Counted from the first letter of the stretch, positions 29,004 through 40,020 are shown. The stretch is DNA of 64,000 nt from Cyanomargarita calcarea GSE-NOS-MK-12-04C (GCA_019359595.1 JAHHGZ010000029.1:253-64252); one strand, 5' to 3'. Notes: generated by a model not told the origin, from the sequence alone. Numbers and translations: made by a program.

Positions 29004-30752
29004 TTATACAAGCTGCCAGAGCTTAATAGTTTTGTCCCTGCTGCCGCTAGCAATCAGTTGTGCAACAGGGCTAACAGCAACGGCAGACACTGAGTTTACA
29101 TGACCGGGGAAAGTGGCTATTTCTTCTGCTGTACTTACGCTCCAAAGTTTGATTGTGCGATCGCAACTTCCACTAATCAATGTTTCCCCATTAGTACTAA
29201 AAGTCAGTGCCACCACCGACCATGAATGACCTAAGAGCGTGTGAATCAGTTGACCGTTGTTTGCATCCCACAAGTTAATGGTGTTATCGTCGCTACCCGT
29301 AGCCAAAATTTTACCGTCGGGACTGAATGCGAGTGTTAGAACTGCCCATGTATGACCTGAAAGGGTGTAACAAGGGCAGTTTTCAAATTTTTTTTTGGAG
29401 GCAAAATCTACAGGGAGTTTCCACAAGCGAATAGTTCTGTCAAAACTAGCGCTGGCTAAATAAGGGGAGATTGGACTAAACGCAACTGCACTCACTTGTA
29501 ATTGATGTCCTGCCAGGGTAGAAATTTCTGTACCAATACTGACATTCCAGAGCTTGATTGTTTTATCCCAGCTACCACTAGCTAAAATTCCCGCATTCCC
29601 AGGATAAAAAACGATTGATTTAACACCTCTTGAGTGTCCGATGAGGGTGTTGATTTCTTGATGTGTGTTGAGATTCCACAATTTGATGGTTTTATCATCG
29701 CTAGCTGATGCCAACATTTCTCCATCTGGACTAAAAGCAACTGATTTCACCGCTTGAGAATGTCCAGTGAGGGTAGCTACTAGTTGTTTGGAGTTTAAAT
29801 CCCACAATCTAATTGTTTTGTCGTCACTACCACTGGCTAAAGTATTACCGTCACAACTGATAGCAATTGAATTTACGGCAAAAGAAGTACTTAAGTGTGT
29901 CGTAAAAGTATGTACGCATTCCCACAACGGATTTGTAATTTGAGATTGTACATTTAAGATTGGGGATTGAATGCCAAGAGCTTGCATCACTTCATCAGCA
30001 GATTGATAGCGTTGATTTGTGGAATATTCTAGAAGCTTGTCAAGGATTTTGCCCAGACGTTCGCTCAACTTGTTACTGAGATAATGCCGCCAAACCCAAC
30101 AATCATTTGCGACATCAAACAAATCAAAGGGCGGAATTTGAGTAAGTAAATAAATACAAATTACACCCAAGCTATAAAGGTCACTTGCAAATACAGGTTT
30201 AGACTGAATTTGCTCTGGTGCGGCATATTCTGGACTGCCGATTTTCGCAGGTGTTTGCAGTCGGCTAATTTGTGTCACCAGTTGAACTGCGCTAAAATCC
30301 ACCAAGATTAGATCCTTCCCTTGGTCTGCCGTTCGGGATGTAAGAATAATATTCTCTGGTTTAATATCGCAATGGATAAGATTATGCTCGTGGATAAACT
30401 TAAGAATTGGCAACAAATTCTCTAAAAGGTGCCATATCTGAGTCTCACTAAAGGCTCCTAATTCTTCTACTAAGGTAGCTAAATTACTACCCTCAATAAA
30501 CTCCTGCACTAAATAAAAGTCATTTTCTTGCTGAAAGTATGCCAATAAATTTGGAATTTGTGGATGTTTTCCTAACTCCAGAAGTTGCTGTACTTTTTGC
30601 TCAAAAACTTCTGACGTAAAATTTTTATTTTTGAATTGTTGGACGACACAAGGAATTGCAGGGAATTCACCTTCATCTACAGCGAGGAAGGTTTTAGCAA
30701 ATCCCCCTTTACCAATCTGTTTGAGTAATCGGTAACGCTGTTGTAATAACAT
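29004..30752 (-). CDS. Ser/Thr protein kinase fused to 7 WD40 repeats
   Basis: 582 aa. The N-terminal Hanks kinase has GKGGFAKTF, HCDIKPENI and DFS. The C-terminal half has 7 WD repeats (GH...WD pattern). Confidence 0.9.
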   Translation of the reverse strand: MLLQQRYRLLKQIGKGGFAKTFLAVDEGEFPAIPCVVQQFKNKNFTSEVFEQKVQQLLELGKHPQIPNLLAYFQQENDFYLVQEFIEGSNLATLVEELGAFSETQIWHLLENLLPILKFIHEHNLIHCDIKPENIILTSRTADQGKDLILVDFSAVQLVTQISRLQTPAKIGSPEYAAPEQIQSKPVFASDLYSLGVICIYLLTQIPPFDLFDVANDCWVWRHYLSNKLSERLGKILDKLLEYSTNQRYQSADEVMQALGIQSPILNVQSQITNPLWECVHTFTTHLSTSFAVNSIAISCDGNTLASGSDDKTIRLWDLNSKQLVATLTGHSQAVKSVAFSPDGEMLASASDDKTIKLWNLNTHQEINTLIGHSRGVKSIVFYPGNAGILASGSWDKTIKLWNVSIGTEISTLAGHQLQVSAVAFSPISPYLASASFDRTIRLWKLPVDFASKKKFENCPCYTLSGHTWAVLTLAFSPDGKILATGSDDNTINLWDANNGQLIHTLLGHSWSVVALTFSTNGETLISGSCDRTIKLWSVSTAEEIATFPGHVNSVSAVAVSPVAQLIASGSRDKTIKLWQLV

Positions 30753-30784
30753 AGGACTTGCTAGAAACTTTGATTTATAGAACG

Positions 30785-30950
30785 CCTTTATCCCCCTGCC
30801 CCCAATTCTGGGGGAAAAGAAAGTTCAATTCAAAGTCCCCCAATTATGTTCGATTTAGGGGGCTTGCCTTTATCCCCCTGCCCCCAATTCTGGGGGAAAA
30901 GAAAATTAAATTCAAAGTCCCCCAATTATGTTCGATTTAGGGGGCTTGCC
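30785..30950. repeat. 2 x 82-bp tandem direct repeat; each unit is an inverted copy of dispersed repeat family A (contains palindrome CCCCCAATTCTGGGGG)
   Basis: Units 30785-30866 and 30867-30948 differ at about 4 positions. The reverse complement matches 54340-54397 and 18262-18304. These units generate the two artefactual ORFs 30758-30940 and 30846-31091. Confidence 0.8.
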
Positions 30951-30956
30951 TTAATT

Positions 30957-33065
30957 TTACTTCTCCAAAGGAAAATCAACAGTTGCCGATGGAAAACCAT
31001 TTTGGGTGTTAGTTGGTGGTTTCACAACTGGAATTTTCCCTTGCATCGACGGTACCATGACTTCACCAGGCTTCGCTGTTTGATTCCATAAAATCATTGA
31101 TAGCAAACCATCCACCAAACCGTTCGCACCTCCGTTCGCACCAACTAAGACATCTGGAATCAAACGGACATTGCGATCGCCGATAATTTGCATCAACTGC
31201 ATCGCTGTATAACCTTGCGATCCCAAGGCTTCCACACCAGCGCTGTAGGTTTCAGCTTTGGCGTTACCTATGGCACGAATTCCTTCAGCTTCACCGATTG
31301 CGTTGAGTTTTATCGATTCAGCCTCACCTGTGGCTTGCTTAATTTGCGCTTGCGCTTTCAAATCAGCAATTTGCACGCTTTGCTCAGATTTCACCATCTC
31401 CTGCTGAATCTCAGCTAGTGCAGTTTCCCGTACTAATTGCTGACGTTGGGTTTGCGCCATTTGCTGCACTTCATAAGTCTTACGTTGCTCCTCCGCAATC
31501 TTACGGTCAGTTTGTGTTTGCATTAATGTCGCTGGCGGTTGAATATCACCGATGAGGGTGTCTATTGCCTGCACGTCATAACTGCGTAATGCTACTTTAA
31601 TAAACTCAGCAGCCTCGGTTTGTCGGTCGCTGCGGGCACTGAGAAAGTCGAGGACTGTACAATCTTGCGCCGAGTTGCGGAAATAGTTACCAATGGTAGG
31701 CTCTAACACATGGTCTACTAAGTTCTGCATCGAACCAACCCGAGAAATCACCTTCGGAGCATCCAAAGCACCGACATGGATAATTTGCGCTACTTCCAAA
31801 TCAAAAGCAAACCCGTCTCTAGAACGGACTGTCAGAGAAGCAAGTTTCGTATCATAACTGTGGCGTTCGGTACGACCAGACCAGTTTAAAACTATATTGG
31901 TTGTCGGCACCAGTTCAATTTTCATGATCCGGCTATTAATCGGGTGTTTGCCGGGATATAACGGTTCCACCCACACACCCTTATGTCCGGAATTTACCAA
32001 ATTACCGTGGGTGAATGCTGCACCGCTAACATCTTGATGTGCTTTGCCTACGTAAGAAATCACCACACCCACATACCCGATGGGAATTTCCGTCATTGGT
32101 ACTGGCTCAACCTGTACCAACCAAGGATTCAAGTTCCAAGAACCAGAAAGTAGAGTCTGCTCTTGCAAACCCCGTCGTCCACCACCATCAACGAATTTTT
32201 GACCGCTTTGGAAGTTGTCGTGTCCCCCAATCACCGGGCCTGCCATCTCACCTGCCGGAATCGGAATACCATCGAGGGTAGTAACAATGCCAACTTTATC
32301 TGCGGGAAGGCTATACACTCGCAACTGTTCCGGACTCATGCCCTGTTGACTGGCATTTGCGGCCGTAATCACTTTAAATAAGGCAGTATTGATGCGGTAT
32401 GTACCCGCTGTGAGAAAGCCAATCTGCCGACCTTTTTCCCCTCCTTGGGTGAGGAATTTTCGCGCATCTTGGAAATTATCGCTATCTACTACCTTACCCA
32501 AAATGCGTTCTGGTGGGTTGGATGCCCCATCTGCTGCGACGATGAGCGCGATTTCTCCTTGGGGAACAACGACCACTGCCTCTTTTTTCACTGCATATTG
32601 CCAGGGGAAATAACCCCAGTGCCAACCAGGAGCGAGAGTATCAGCTTGCAAACCAGACTCACCGTTCAGGGCAATCAACCTTCCTGGGGGTAATCCACGT
32701 CCGGAAATGGCAAATTTTTTCACCACAATCCCAACTTCTCGTTCCCCGATAACAACCAATCCGCCAAAAAACAAGGGGAAGAAGATCGCAAAACCTCCCA
32801 CAACGACTATGGGGATAATTCCCAACGGCTGTAGCTGCGCTGGTATCTGAGCAATTGTTACCGTTTTTGGCTGAGTAGCCTGAATTGATGCGGAGGAAAT
32901 TTGCTTTGCTGTAACTGATTTTATGGGATTTGCGTTGGCTGAATCAATTCCACCCGCCAAGGCCAAAGTTGCTATTAATGATGCTCCAAACCGAAGTACT
33001 TGATTTAACTTACCTGAACTCCGAGAGTATTGACAGCTTTTCATATAATTTGCCCCTCTGGGCAA
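30957..33065 (-). CDS. flotillin-family SPFH/Band-7 membrane-microdomain protein
   Basis: 702 aa with an N-terminal signal/TM, an SPFH domain and a long Ala/Glu/Gln-rich coiled coil (AEEQRKTYEVQQMAQTQRQQLVRETALAEIQQ..). This matches the bacterial flotillin (YqiK-like) layout. Confidence 0.75.
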   Translation of the reverse strand: MPRGANYMKSCQYSRSSGKLNQVLRFGASLIATLALAGGIDSANANPIKSVTAKQISSASIQATQPKTVTIAQIPAQLQPLGIIPIVVVGGFAIFFPLFFGGLVVIGEREVGIVVKKFAISGRGLPPGRLIALNGESGLQADTLAPGWHWGYFPWQYAVKKEAVVVVPQGEIALIVAADGASNPPERILGKVVDSDNFQDARKFLTQGGEKGRQIGFLTAGTYRINTALFKVITAANASQQGMSPEQLRVYSLPADKVGIVTTLDGIPIPAGEMAGPVIGGHDNFQSGQKFVDGGGRRGLQEQTLLSGSWNLNPWLVQVEPVPMTEIPIGYVGVVISYVGKAHQDVSGAAFTHGNLVNSGHKGVWVEPLYPGKHPINSRIMKIELVPTTNIVLNWSGRTERHSYDTKLASLTVRSRDGFAFDLEVAQIIHVGALDAPKVISRVGSMQNLVDHVLEPTIGNYFRNSAQDCTVLDFLSARSDRQTEAAEFIKVALRSYDVQAIDTLIGDIQPPATLMQTQTDRKIAEEQRKTYEVQQMAQTQRQQLVRETALAEIQQEMVKSEQSVQIADLKAQAQIKQATGEAESIKLNAIGEAEGIRAIGNAKAETYSAGVEALGSQGYTAMQLMQIIGDRNVRLIPDVLVGANGGANGLVDGLLSMILWNQTAKPGEVMVPSMQGKIPVVKPPTNTQNGFPSATVDFPLEK

Positions 33066-33433
33066 TTAATTGTCTAATGTATAACTACATTTAGTGTTCC
33101 CGTGATTCCTTAAACTTGCTGTAATCAGTTACAAAAATCCATAAATATCTCGAAAAGTCGCAAGCATTAACTGTTTCCACAATGCTCTATTCATTTTTGC
33201 CTAATTTAACTTTTGCTTAATAGAGGAATTGGGCACAACATCACAGAGAATTGGTATAAGATGACCAAAAAGCAATTTATAAGTATAATCACGGAAGTCG
33301 AATATGCGAACTTTGTGCAACATAAAGTAGAGTAACCATCTACATTAATTAGTTCAGGCTACTAATTACTGATAGCAACAATTAAGTTGATAGTTGTAGG
33401 GTTCCCGACAGTAAAAATTTTCAATAGGGTGGC

Positions 33434-34075
33434 ATGATGATTCCAATTATTAATAATATTTTAGAGAGATTTTTTGCTAAAGATGACAGGCTCAATAATA
33501 CGCAAATATTTGGATATTTTGTCGAAGAACCGTTAAAAGATGAACATTTGACATTAGGTTTTTCACCTTCACGCATTGCCCTAAAAAAACGGTGGCGAAA
33601 TAATGGTTTATCAGCTGATTTTATCGCTGAATATTTAACTACTTTTTTCCCCAGAGATACTCATGAAGATAGCAAGACTAATACAAAGTCTGAAATAAAA
33701 AGTGCCGTAAGTTATATTGCTAACGAGTTGCTAGAAAATGCAATAAAATATTGTGATGCAAATGTGGAATATCCCATAACTCTGCACCTAGAATTACAAA
33801 GTAATGAAGTAAGAATTTTTATAAACAATAGTGTCACTGCTTCCGGGGTAGAAAAATTTAAAAGTTTTATTAAGGAGTTAAGTGATTCAAATCCAGATGA
33901 GTTTTATCTCCGTCAGCTAGAAAAAAATGCTGAAGATGAGAATAACGATGGTTCTGGATTGGGCTTTTTAACTATAGTGAATGATTATTGTGCCAAAATT
34001 GGTTGGAAATTTCAGATTGTTCAGCACGAGCCAGATTTAATTGCTGTAACTACAATGGTTCAATTGACAGTCTAA
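33434..34075 (+). CDS. GHKL-type ATPase, RsbW/SpoIIAB-like anti-sigma-factor serine kinase candidate
   Basis: 213 aa with an N-box-like ELLENAIKY and a G-box DGSGLGF. It sits immediately upstream of a STAS protein. Confidence 0.5.
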   Translation: MMIPIINNILERFFAKDDRLNNTQIFGYFVEEPLKDEHLTLGFSPSRIALKKRWRNNGLSADFIAEYLTTFFPRDTHEDSKTNTKSEIKSAVSYIANELLENAIKYCDANVEYPITLHLELQSNEVRIFINNSVTASGVEKFKSFIKELSDSNPDEFYLRQLEKNAEDENNDGSGLGFLTIVNDYCAKIGWKFQIVQHEPDLIAVTTMVQLTV

Positions 34076-34122
34076 AAGTTTTGAAATATTTACTTGTTAG
34101 AAGATAAAAAGGACTTATAACA

Positions 34123-34467
34123 ATGCAAATTAAAGGCGAAAATTATAATGTTTGGTGTGAAGCAAACACTACAATAGTAAATTTTACTGGTTCACTTCGA
34201 CTCAGTGGGATGGAAGAATATGCTTCTATTTTGCAGTTGATGAATAGTCTGGCAGAGAGCAATCCAGCAACCATTATTCTCAATATTCAGCATTTAGAAT
34301 TCCTGAATAGTTCGGGTATAAGTATGCTGTCAAAGTTTGTCATTGAGATGCGGAAAAGACAAAATATACAGATAAGCATACTAGGTTCTACCTTAATACC
34401 TTGGCAAGGAAAATCATTAAAAAACTTGCAGCGGTTGATGCCTAGCTTGATATTAGAATTGCAGTAA
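34123..34467 (+). CDS. STAS-domain anti-sigma-factor antagonist-like protein
   Basis: 114 aa of SpoIIAA-like size with a conserved Ser region (LEFLNSSGISMLS). Confidence 0.55.
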   Translation: MQIKGENYNVWCEANTTIVNFTGSLRLSGMEEYASILQLMNSLAESNPATIILNIQHLEFLNSSGISMLSKFVIEMRKRQNIQISILGSTLIPWQGKSLKNLQRLMPSLILELQ

Positions 34468-34630
34468 TAAATATCTTCTGAGAAAGATTGTGATCCCAAA
34501 ATATAATCGCAATTATAGGCTATTTCTTCATTTGACATCATGCTATTAAATAACTGTAAATATCGCGATTGAATTATTTTATTTAGCGATCGCCAGTAAT
34601 TTCCCCTCAAAAAACTTTGCTTTAAAAAAT

Positions 34631-36634
34631 ATGAAGAAAATATTTAGACCTGCGATCGCTGTGATGAATCGCCTTAAATATCCACAAAAATTTTCTTTGA
34701 TTAGTTGCGTTTTTATATTACCATTGGGCTTGGTAATGTATTTACTAATCTCAGAAATTCAATCACGAAATGACTTTGCAGCAAAAGAGATATCTGGCAA
34801 CATCTACCTTCGTCCAGTGCGTCAATTGTGGGCAGATATTACCCGACTGAAACTTACCAGCTATGGCACCTCAACTCAAGACGAAATAAAGCAGATTAAA
34901 TCTCAAATTAATACCAAAATTGAATCGCTGGAAGCTGTTGATGGAAAACTAGGGCAAACATTACTGACGACAGATAAATTTAACGCTCTTAAACAAACTT
35001 GGCAAAAGTTACAAAAAAATCAAGACAATAGCATTTTTGAAGGCAAAAATCCAGAAGACAAGCTTATCAGACAGCAAATTAATGAATTAATAGTTCATGT
35101 TGGCGACAAATCAAACTTGATTCTCGACCCAGATTTAGATACTTATTATTTAATGGATGCAACTCTGTTAAAATTACCACAAATACAAAAAACATTAGTC
35201 GATATCCAGTCATTAGCCAAACGAGGGATTAGGGGTTATCAAGCAACTCCAACAGAACGCACGGAGCTAATTATCCTCCTCGGTAACTTGCAAGATTATA
35301 ACGAGGAATTAAAGAGGAATATGGAAGTGGCCTTTAGCAATAATCCTGCTGGCAACTTACGTCCCAACCTGACAAATTCGTTAAACGATTTCACCAAGCA
35401 AATTGATTTACTAACCAAGCAGGTAGAGTTACTTGTTGGTACAGAAGTAATAAAAGACCCTGTAATTTATTTTCTAGAAGCCGAGAAAAGCTTAAATAAA
35501 AGTTTTAATTTATGGGATAAAGCGATTCAAGAGCAAGACTTACTTTTACAGTATAGAATTGACGGTTTTGCCAGAAAACAGATATTAATATCTATTTTTG
35601 TACTGACGATTTTAGCCATTGTCTTATATCTTTTTGTCGGATTTTATCTAGGTGTAATCCGGACAGTTTCTACCTTAAGTACAGCATCCAAACAGATGAT
35701 TGCTGGCAGTATAATTGAGAGTATTAGCCTAGATAACCGTGATGAATTAGGAGAAGTTGTCCACTCATTTAATAATATTGCTTTAGCTCTTGTTCAAACC
35801 AACCAGAAAATTAGTGTTTTGAATCAACGTCTTGAAAATGAAAATACCCGGATGGGTGCAGAGTTAGAAATAACCAGCAAACTCCAGCGAATGATTTTAC
35901 CAAGAGAGGAGGAACTGAAGAATATTCCTGGTTTAGATATTGCAGGTTTTATGAAGCCAGCTTCGGAAATTGGTGGTGATTATTACGATGTTCTTCAGCA
36001 AGGTGGACGTGTAAAAATTGGCATCGGTGATGTCACCGGACACGGCTTAGAAAGTGGTGTATTGATGATTATGGTGCAAACCGCTGTCCGGACTTTGTTG
36101 GAAAGTCATGAAACCGATCCGAAGAAATTCCTCAGTATTTTGAATCGCACAATTTATCAAAATGTGCAGCGGATGCAGTCAGATAAAAGTCTTACACTTT
36201 GCTTGCTAGATTATGAGGATGGAATGCTACGGGTAAGTGGACAACATGAAGAGATGATTGTCATCCGTCAGGGAAAAGAGGTAGAACGAATTGACACGAT
36301 GGATTTGGGTTTTCCCATCGGGTTAGAAGAAGATATTACTGATTTTATCGCTTATACAGATGTGAAGTTATATTCAGGTGATGTCGTAGTGCTGTATACT
36401 GACGGCATTACGGAAGCCGAAAATCTTGGTGGTGTGCAGTACGGATTGGAGCGATTGACTGAATTAATCAAGGAAAATTCCCGACGCTCTGCACATCAAA
36501 TTAGACACGCTGTACTTAGTGATGTGCGACACCACATTGGAGAACAGAAGGTTTTTGATGATATTACTTTGGTGGTGTTGAAACAAAAACCGACAACGGA
36601 TTTGAAGAAGGAAGAAGGAATTCCTGTGTTTTGA
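34631..36634 (+). CDS. sensor PP2C phosphatase (periplasmic sensor + TM + HAMP + SpoIIE/RsbU-type PP2C)
   Basis: 667 aa with TM1 near the N-terminus and TM2 near residue 310 followed by a HAMP. The C-terminal PP2C has GGDYYDV and GDVTGHG. Confidence 0.8.
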   Translation: MKKIFRPAIAVMNRLKYPQKFSLISCVFILPLGLVMYLLISEIQSRNDFAAKEISGNIYLRPVRQLWADITRLKLTSYGTSTQDEIKQIKSQINTKIESLEAVDGKLGQTLLTTDKFNALKQTWQKLQKNQDNSIFEGKNPEDKLIRQQINELIVHVGDKSNLILDPDLDTYYLMDATLLKLPQIQKTLVDIQSLAKRGIRGYQATPTERTELIILLGNLQDYNEELKRNMEVAFSNNPAGNLRPNLTNSLNDFTKQIDLLTKQVELLVGTEVIKDPVIYFLEAEKSLNKSFNLWDKAIQEQDLLLQYRIDGFARKQILISIFVLTILAIVLYLFVGFYLGVIRTVSTLSTASKQMIAGSIIESISLDNRDELGEVVHSFNNIALALVQTNQKISVLNQRLENENTRMGAELEITSKLQRMILPREEELKNIPGLDIAGFMKPASEIGGDYYDVLQQGGRVKIGIGDVTGHGLESGVLMIMVQTAVRTLLESHETDPKKFLSILNRTIYQNVQRMQSDKSLTLCLLDYEDGMLRVSGQHEEMIVIRQGKEVERIDTMDLGFPIGLEEDITDFIAYTDVKLYSGDVVVLYTDGITEAENLGGVQYGLERLTELIKENSRRSAHQIRHAVLSDVRHHIGEQKVFDDITLVVLKQKPTTDLKKEEGIPVF

Positions 36635-36787
36635 GATGGGCAGATGGATGTAACGCATGAACGGTTGCCCAAAAGAATAGCTCTTCTTATCGATTCTTGC
36701 TCTTAACTCTGTGTGCCTAGTTTAGATTGATAGAATTAAAGCAGTAGCACAGTTCAACCTAGTTGTTGAGAGAGTGAGTTAAAAACC

Positions 36788-37351
36788 ATGCCTTCGTCCA
36801 TTGCTGTTGAAAAGAAAAAGTTAAAAAATCCGCCCTTGCAACTCCATTACCTGGGCGATCGCGTCCTGCGTCAACCCGCTAAACGGATTACTAAAATCGA
36901 TGACGAACTCCGCAAACTAGTGCGGCAAATGTTGCAAACTATGTACAGCAACGATGGCATTGGTTTGGCTGCTCCCCAAGTGGGGGTTAACAAACAACTA
37001 ATCGTCATTGACTGTGAACCAGAAAACCCAGATTATCCCCCATTGGTGTTGATTAACCCCACAATCAAAAACTTTAGTGGAGATATCTGCGTTGCTCAAG
37101 AAGGATGTTTGAGCATTCCCAATGTTTATCTGGATGTCAAACGTCCTGAAGTTGTGGAAGTGTTATACAAAGATGAGTACGGACGGCCCCGGACTTTAAA
37201 AGCTAACGACTTACTCGGACGTTGCATTCAGCATGAGATGGATCACCTTAACGGCGTAGTATTTGTAGACAGAGTGGAAAACTCTCTAGCTTTGGCGGAG
37301 GAGCTATCTAAACATGGATTCTCCCATCAATCTGTAAAACCTGTAGCTTAA
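36788..37351 (+). CDS. def: peptide deformylase
   Basis: 187 aa with GIGLAAPQVG, EGCLS and HEMDHLNG motifs. Confidence 0.95.
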   Translation: MPSSIAVEKKKLKNPPLQLHYLGDRVLRQPAKRITKIDDELRKLVRQMLQTMYSNDGIGLAAPQVGVNKQLIVIDCEPENPDYPPLVLINPTIKNFSGDICVAQEGCLSIPNVYLDVKRPEVVEVLYKDEYGRPRTLKANDLLGRCIQHEMDHLNGVVFVDRVENSLALAEELSKHGFSHQSVKPVA

Positions 37352-37364
37352 GGTGCCCTGAAAC

Positions 37365-37571
37365 ATGAATGTAATGACCCCAAAAAGCGGTCTTTTCCTC
37401 GCTGTTTGCTGTGTAACAGCGATCGCCGCAGTCGGTTCCGTTTTTGAACTCACTTCTGGTGAACCGAAGTTCGGTACCCAAATCACTGCGATTATCCTGG
37501 CTTTGAGTATTCCTCTGACAGGATTATTTTTCTTTGCAGCTGTTAGGGATGCTAGAGCTAATATTAAATAA
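37365..37571 (+). CDS. small two-TM membrane protein (hypothetical)
   Basis: 68 aa with two hydrophobic helices. It lies 14 nt after def, followed by a hairpin terminator. Confidence 0.4.
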   Translation: MNVMTPKSGLFLAVCCVTAIAAVGSVFELTSGEPKFGTQITAIILALSIPLTGLFFFAAVRDARANIK

Positions 37572-37587
37572 GCATCAGGTTTAGATG

Positions 37588-37640
37588 AAGGAAAAGGAAA
37601 AAGGATAAATTCATCCTTTTACCTTTTACCTTTTATCTTT
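37588..37640 (+). terminator. probable rho-independent terminator
   Basis: AAGGAAAAGGAAAAAGGA ... TCCTTTTACCTTTTACCTTTT forms an imperfect stem with a T-rich 3' tail right after the def-small ORF pair. Confidence 0.45.
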
Positions 37641-38292
37641 TCTGCCCAAATTCGCCCCGAGTAGTTCTAGTGCAACAAATTTTCTTAATATAACTTTACA
37701 TTGTCAGTTTTTCTTGACTTAAATCGAGAAATCGGTAAGGACTGTTTTAATTCATCTCTTGCGTCTATACGTAAAAATCACTAATTCCCCATTTCAATAG
37801 TACTTTATGTGACATTGCGAAATAACATTTGTTAATAGTCCGATGAGCGAGGACTTCGGCTATGAGACAGGGAGTTAAAGGAGAATGGCGGACAGAACCA
37901 CAGTTAAGAAATCTGTAAGTACTTAGTTTTTTGTGTATTTACTTATACTATGTGCGGAATGTCAATTAACGGATACAGCGGATAATTGGCTTCCCTGGCT
38001 AGTATTAATTGTCTTCAGTACAAGATATTTATATAGTATCGATTTATTTTTTCTACTCAAATTTTTCCGAAATGATTTTCTACAAGACTGTAGCTGTTAT
38101 CAGTCGGGGATAAACCGCTAATATGGTGTCTAGTCAACTAAGCCAACCTCATATAGCTCCTGACTTTTTAATAACTATAGTCGCACCTAGGAATCAAAGG
38201 TAAAAAATAACCTTAACGAAATAGAACTTGGGGACTGTAGCTGCTAAAATCAATGTTTTCAAAGCAGCAAATCAACTGAGACTGAGGTACAA

Positions 38293-40020
38293 ATGAGACA
38301 CGAAAAACTTTCCCCCGGATTGCTCTTAGCGTTTGAAGACTATCAACGCGAAGGAGAGGAAGGATTAATCACACAAAAGCGATCGCTTGGTATTATTGCA
38401 CCACTAAACACAATCAAACCAGCCCGCACTGTCGTTTTTATCTACTGTGACGAACAAGCGGACTTGAGCCATTTGGAGCAGTACGGTATCGAGATCAACC
38501 AGGATACAGGACATGTACGGACTGCTTACCTACCCATTGATGCTTTGGATGCCTTATCAGAAGACCCAGAGGTGCAGCGCATCAAGCCCTCTCGCAAAAT
38601 GTACCAGCGAATGGACATAGCACCAGGGAAAGTTAAATTACCAGAATTTAAGAACAAAACTGGACTAACAGGCAAGGGAGTTGTAATTGGCATTGTAGAT
38701 AGCGGAATCGATCCGAAACACCCCGCATTTGCCGGCAGAATTTTACGCATTTGGGATCAGACACTTCCCGGTCCTGGTGTTAAAGAAGGCGGTTATGGCG
38801 CAGAATTTACCGGAGCGCAACTGACAGTTTCCAATGATACTGTCGGTCACGGTACCCACGTTGCAGGTATTGCCTCAGGTGCTGACAGTAACTATGGCGG
38901 TGTCGCACCTTTATCAGAATTGGTCATCGTCAAAACAGATATGCAGGATGCTCACATTGCCGATGGTATCCGCTACGCTTTCCGGGTAGCTAGTGAATTG
39001 GGACGTCCAGCAGTAGTAAATCTCAGTTTGGGTGGACATGCCGATGCTCACGATGGCAGCGACTCGCTATCAAAAATTATTGACTCGGAATCTGGACCAG
39101 GGCGGATTATTTGCTGTGCGGCCGGTAACGAAGGCAACGACAATATTCACGGTCAGGCGATCGTACCCCGTGGCAAGTCAGCTTTTATGCGCTTTAGCGT
39201 TCCTTTGATGCAAACAAGCATCGTATGGTTAAACGGCTGGTATTCTGGCAACAACCAGATGGAAATATCTCTGCGGAGTCCTAATGGTTTCGTCACCCCA
39301 TTCCAAAAGATTGTAGTTAAGGGCAATCCTACACAGGAATACACCTTGCTAGATTCACGGGTGCAAATCGTGACACCAGGTCCAGATCCAGCCAATGGTG
39401 ACCATAATTTCTTTGTTCAAATTCGCGGTACAGGTCCGATGCCAGTAAGTGGTGGTGTTTGGCAATTGCGAGTCCGCAATACTTCCTCAACTGAAGCACG
39501 TTTGGATGTGTGGACATTAGATGACCAGTCATCCGTGTTTTTTACGGGTAAGAGCGCCCAAGATACCATGAAAATTGGCTCACCTGGGGCTGCTACCAGT
39601 GCGGTAACAGTTGCTTCTTACACCACAATGGTGAAATACACGGATATTGACAATAAGGATCGAGAAGTAGGCTTGGAGTTGGATGATATTTCTGATTTCA
39701 GCAGTGAAGGCCCCCTACGGAATAAGGCTCAGAAACCCGACATTGCGGCACCAGGAGCGATGATTGTTTCGACACAATCCTCGGGTGCAAAATTCGATCG
39801 CTCAGTGATGGTTAATTCCAAGTTTGTGGTGATGGCTGGTACCAGTATGGCGGCCCCGTTTGTCACAGGTTTGGTGGCATTACTGTTGCAGCGAGATCCC
39901 AAACTTGACCCTGCGAAAGTAAAGGAATTGCTGCGTAAAAATAGTTCTATTCCCAAACAACCAGCAGGAACCTATGACAATAAGTGGGGTTATGGATTGA
40001 TTAACATTGAAAATATGTAA
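38293..40020 (+). CDS. S8 subtilisin-family serine peptidase with N-terminal propeptide-like domain
   Basis: 575 aa with the catalytic triad context VIGIVDSGID (Asp), HGTHVAGIA (His) and GTSMAAPFVTG (Ser). Confidence 0.9.
   Translation: MRHEKLSPGLLLAFEDYQREGEEGLITQKRSLGIIAPLNTIKPARTVVFIYCDEQADLSHLEQYGIEINQDTGHVRTAYLPIDALDALSEDPEVQRIKPSRKMYQRMDIAPGKVKLPEFKNKTGLTGKGVVIGIVDSGIDPKHPAFAGRILRIWDQTLPGPGVKEGGYGAEFTGAQLTVSNDTVGHGTHVAGIASGADSNYGGVAPLSELVIVKTDMQDAHIADGIRYAFRVASELGRPAVVNLSLGGHADAHDGSDSLSKIIDSESGPGRIICCAAGNEGNDNIHGQAIVPRGKSAFMRFSVPLMQTSIVWLNGWYSGNNQMEISLRSPNGFVTPFQKIVVKGNPTQEYTLLDSRVQIVTPGPDPANGDHNFFVQIRGTGPMPVSGGVWQLRVRNTSSTEARLDVWTLDDQSSVFFTGKSAQDTMKIGSPGAATSAVTVASYTTMVKYTDIDNKDREVGLELDDISDFSSEGPLRNKAQKPDIAAPGAMIVSTQSSGAKFDRSVMVNSKFVVMAGTSMAAPFVTGLVALLLQRDPKLDPAKVKELLRKNSSIPKQPAGTYDNKWGYGLINIENM

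Noticed and set aside
30785-30950. Possible CRISPR array
   Set aside because: It has only two directly abutting repeat units with no spacers. The units belong to dispersed repeat family A, and no cas genes are nearby.
30758-31091. Two 60-81-aa ORFs with near-identical peptides (SPCPQFWGKRK.NSKSPNYVRFRGLA)
   Set aside because: They are translations of the 2 x 82-bp tandem repeat and are artefacts of the repeat, not genes.
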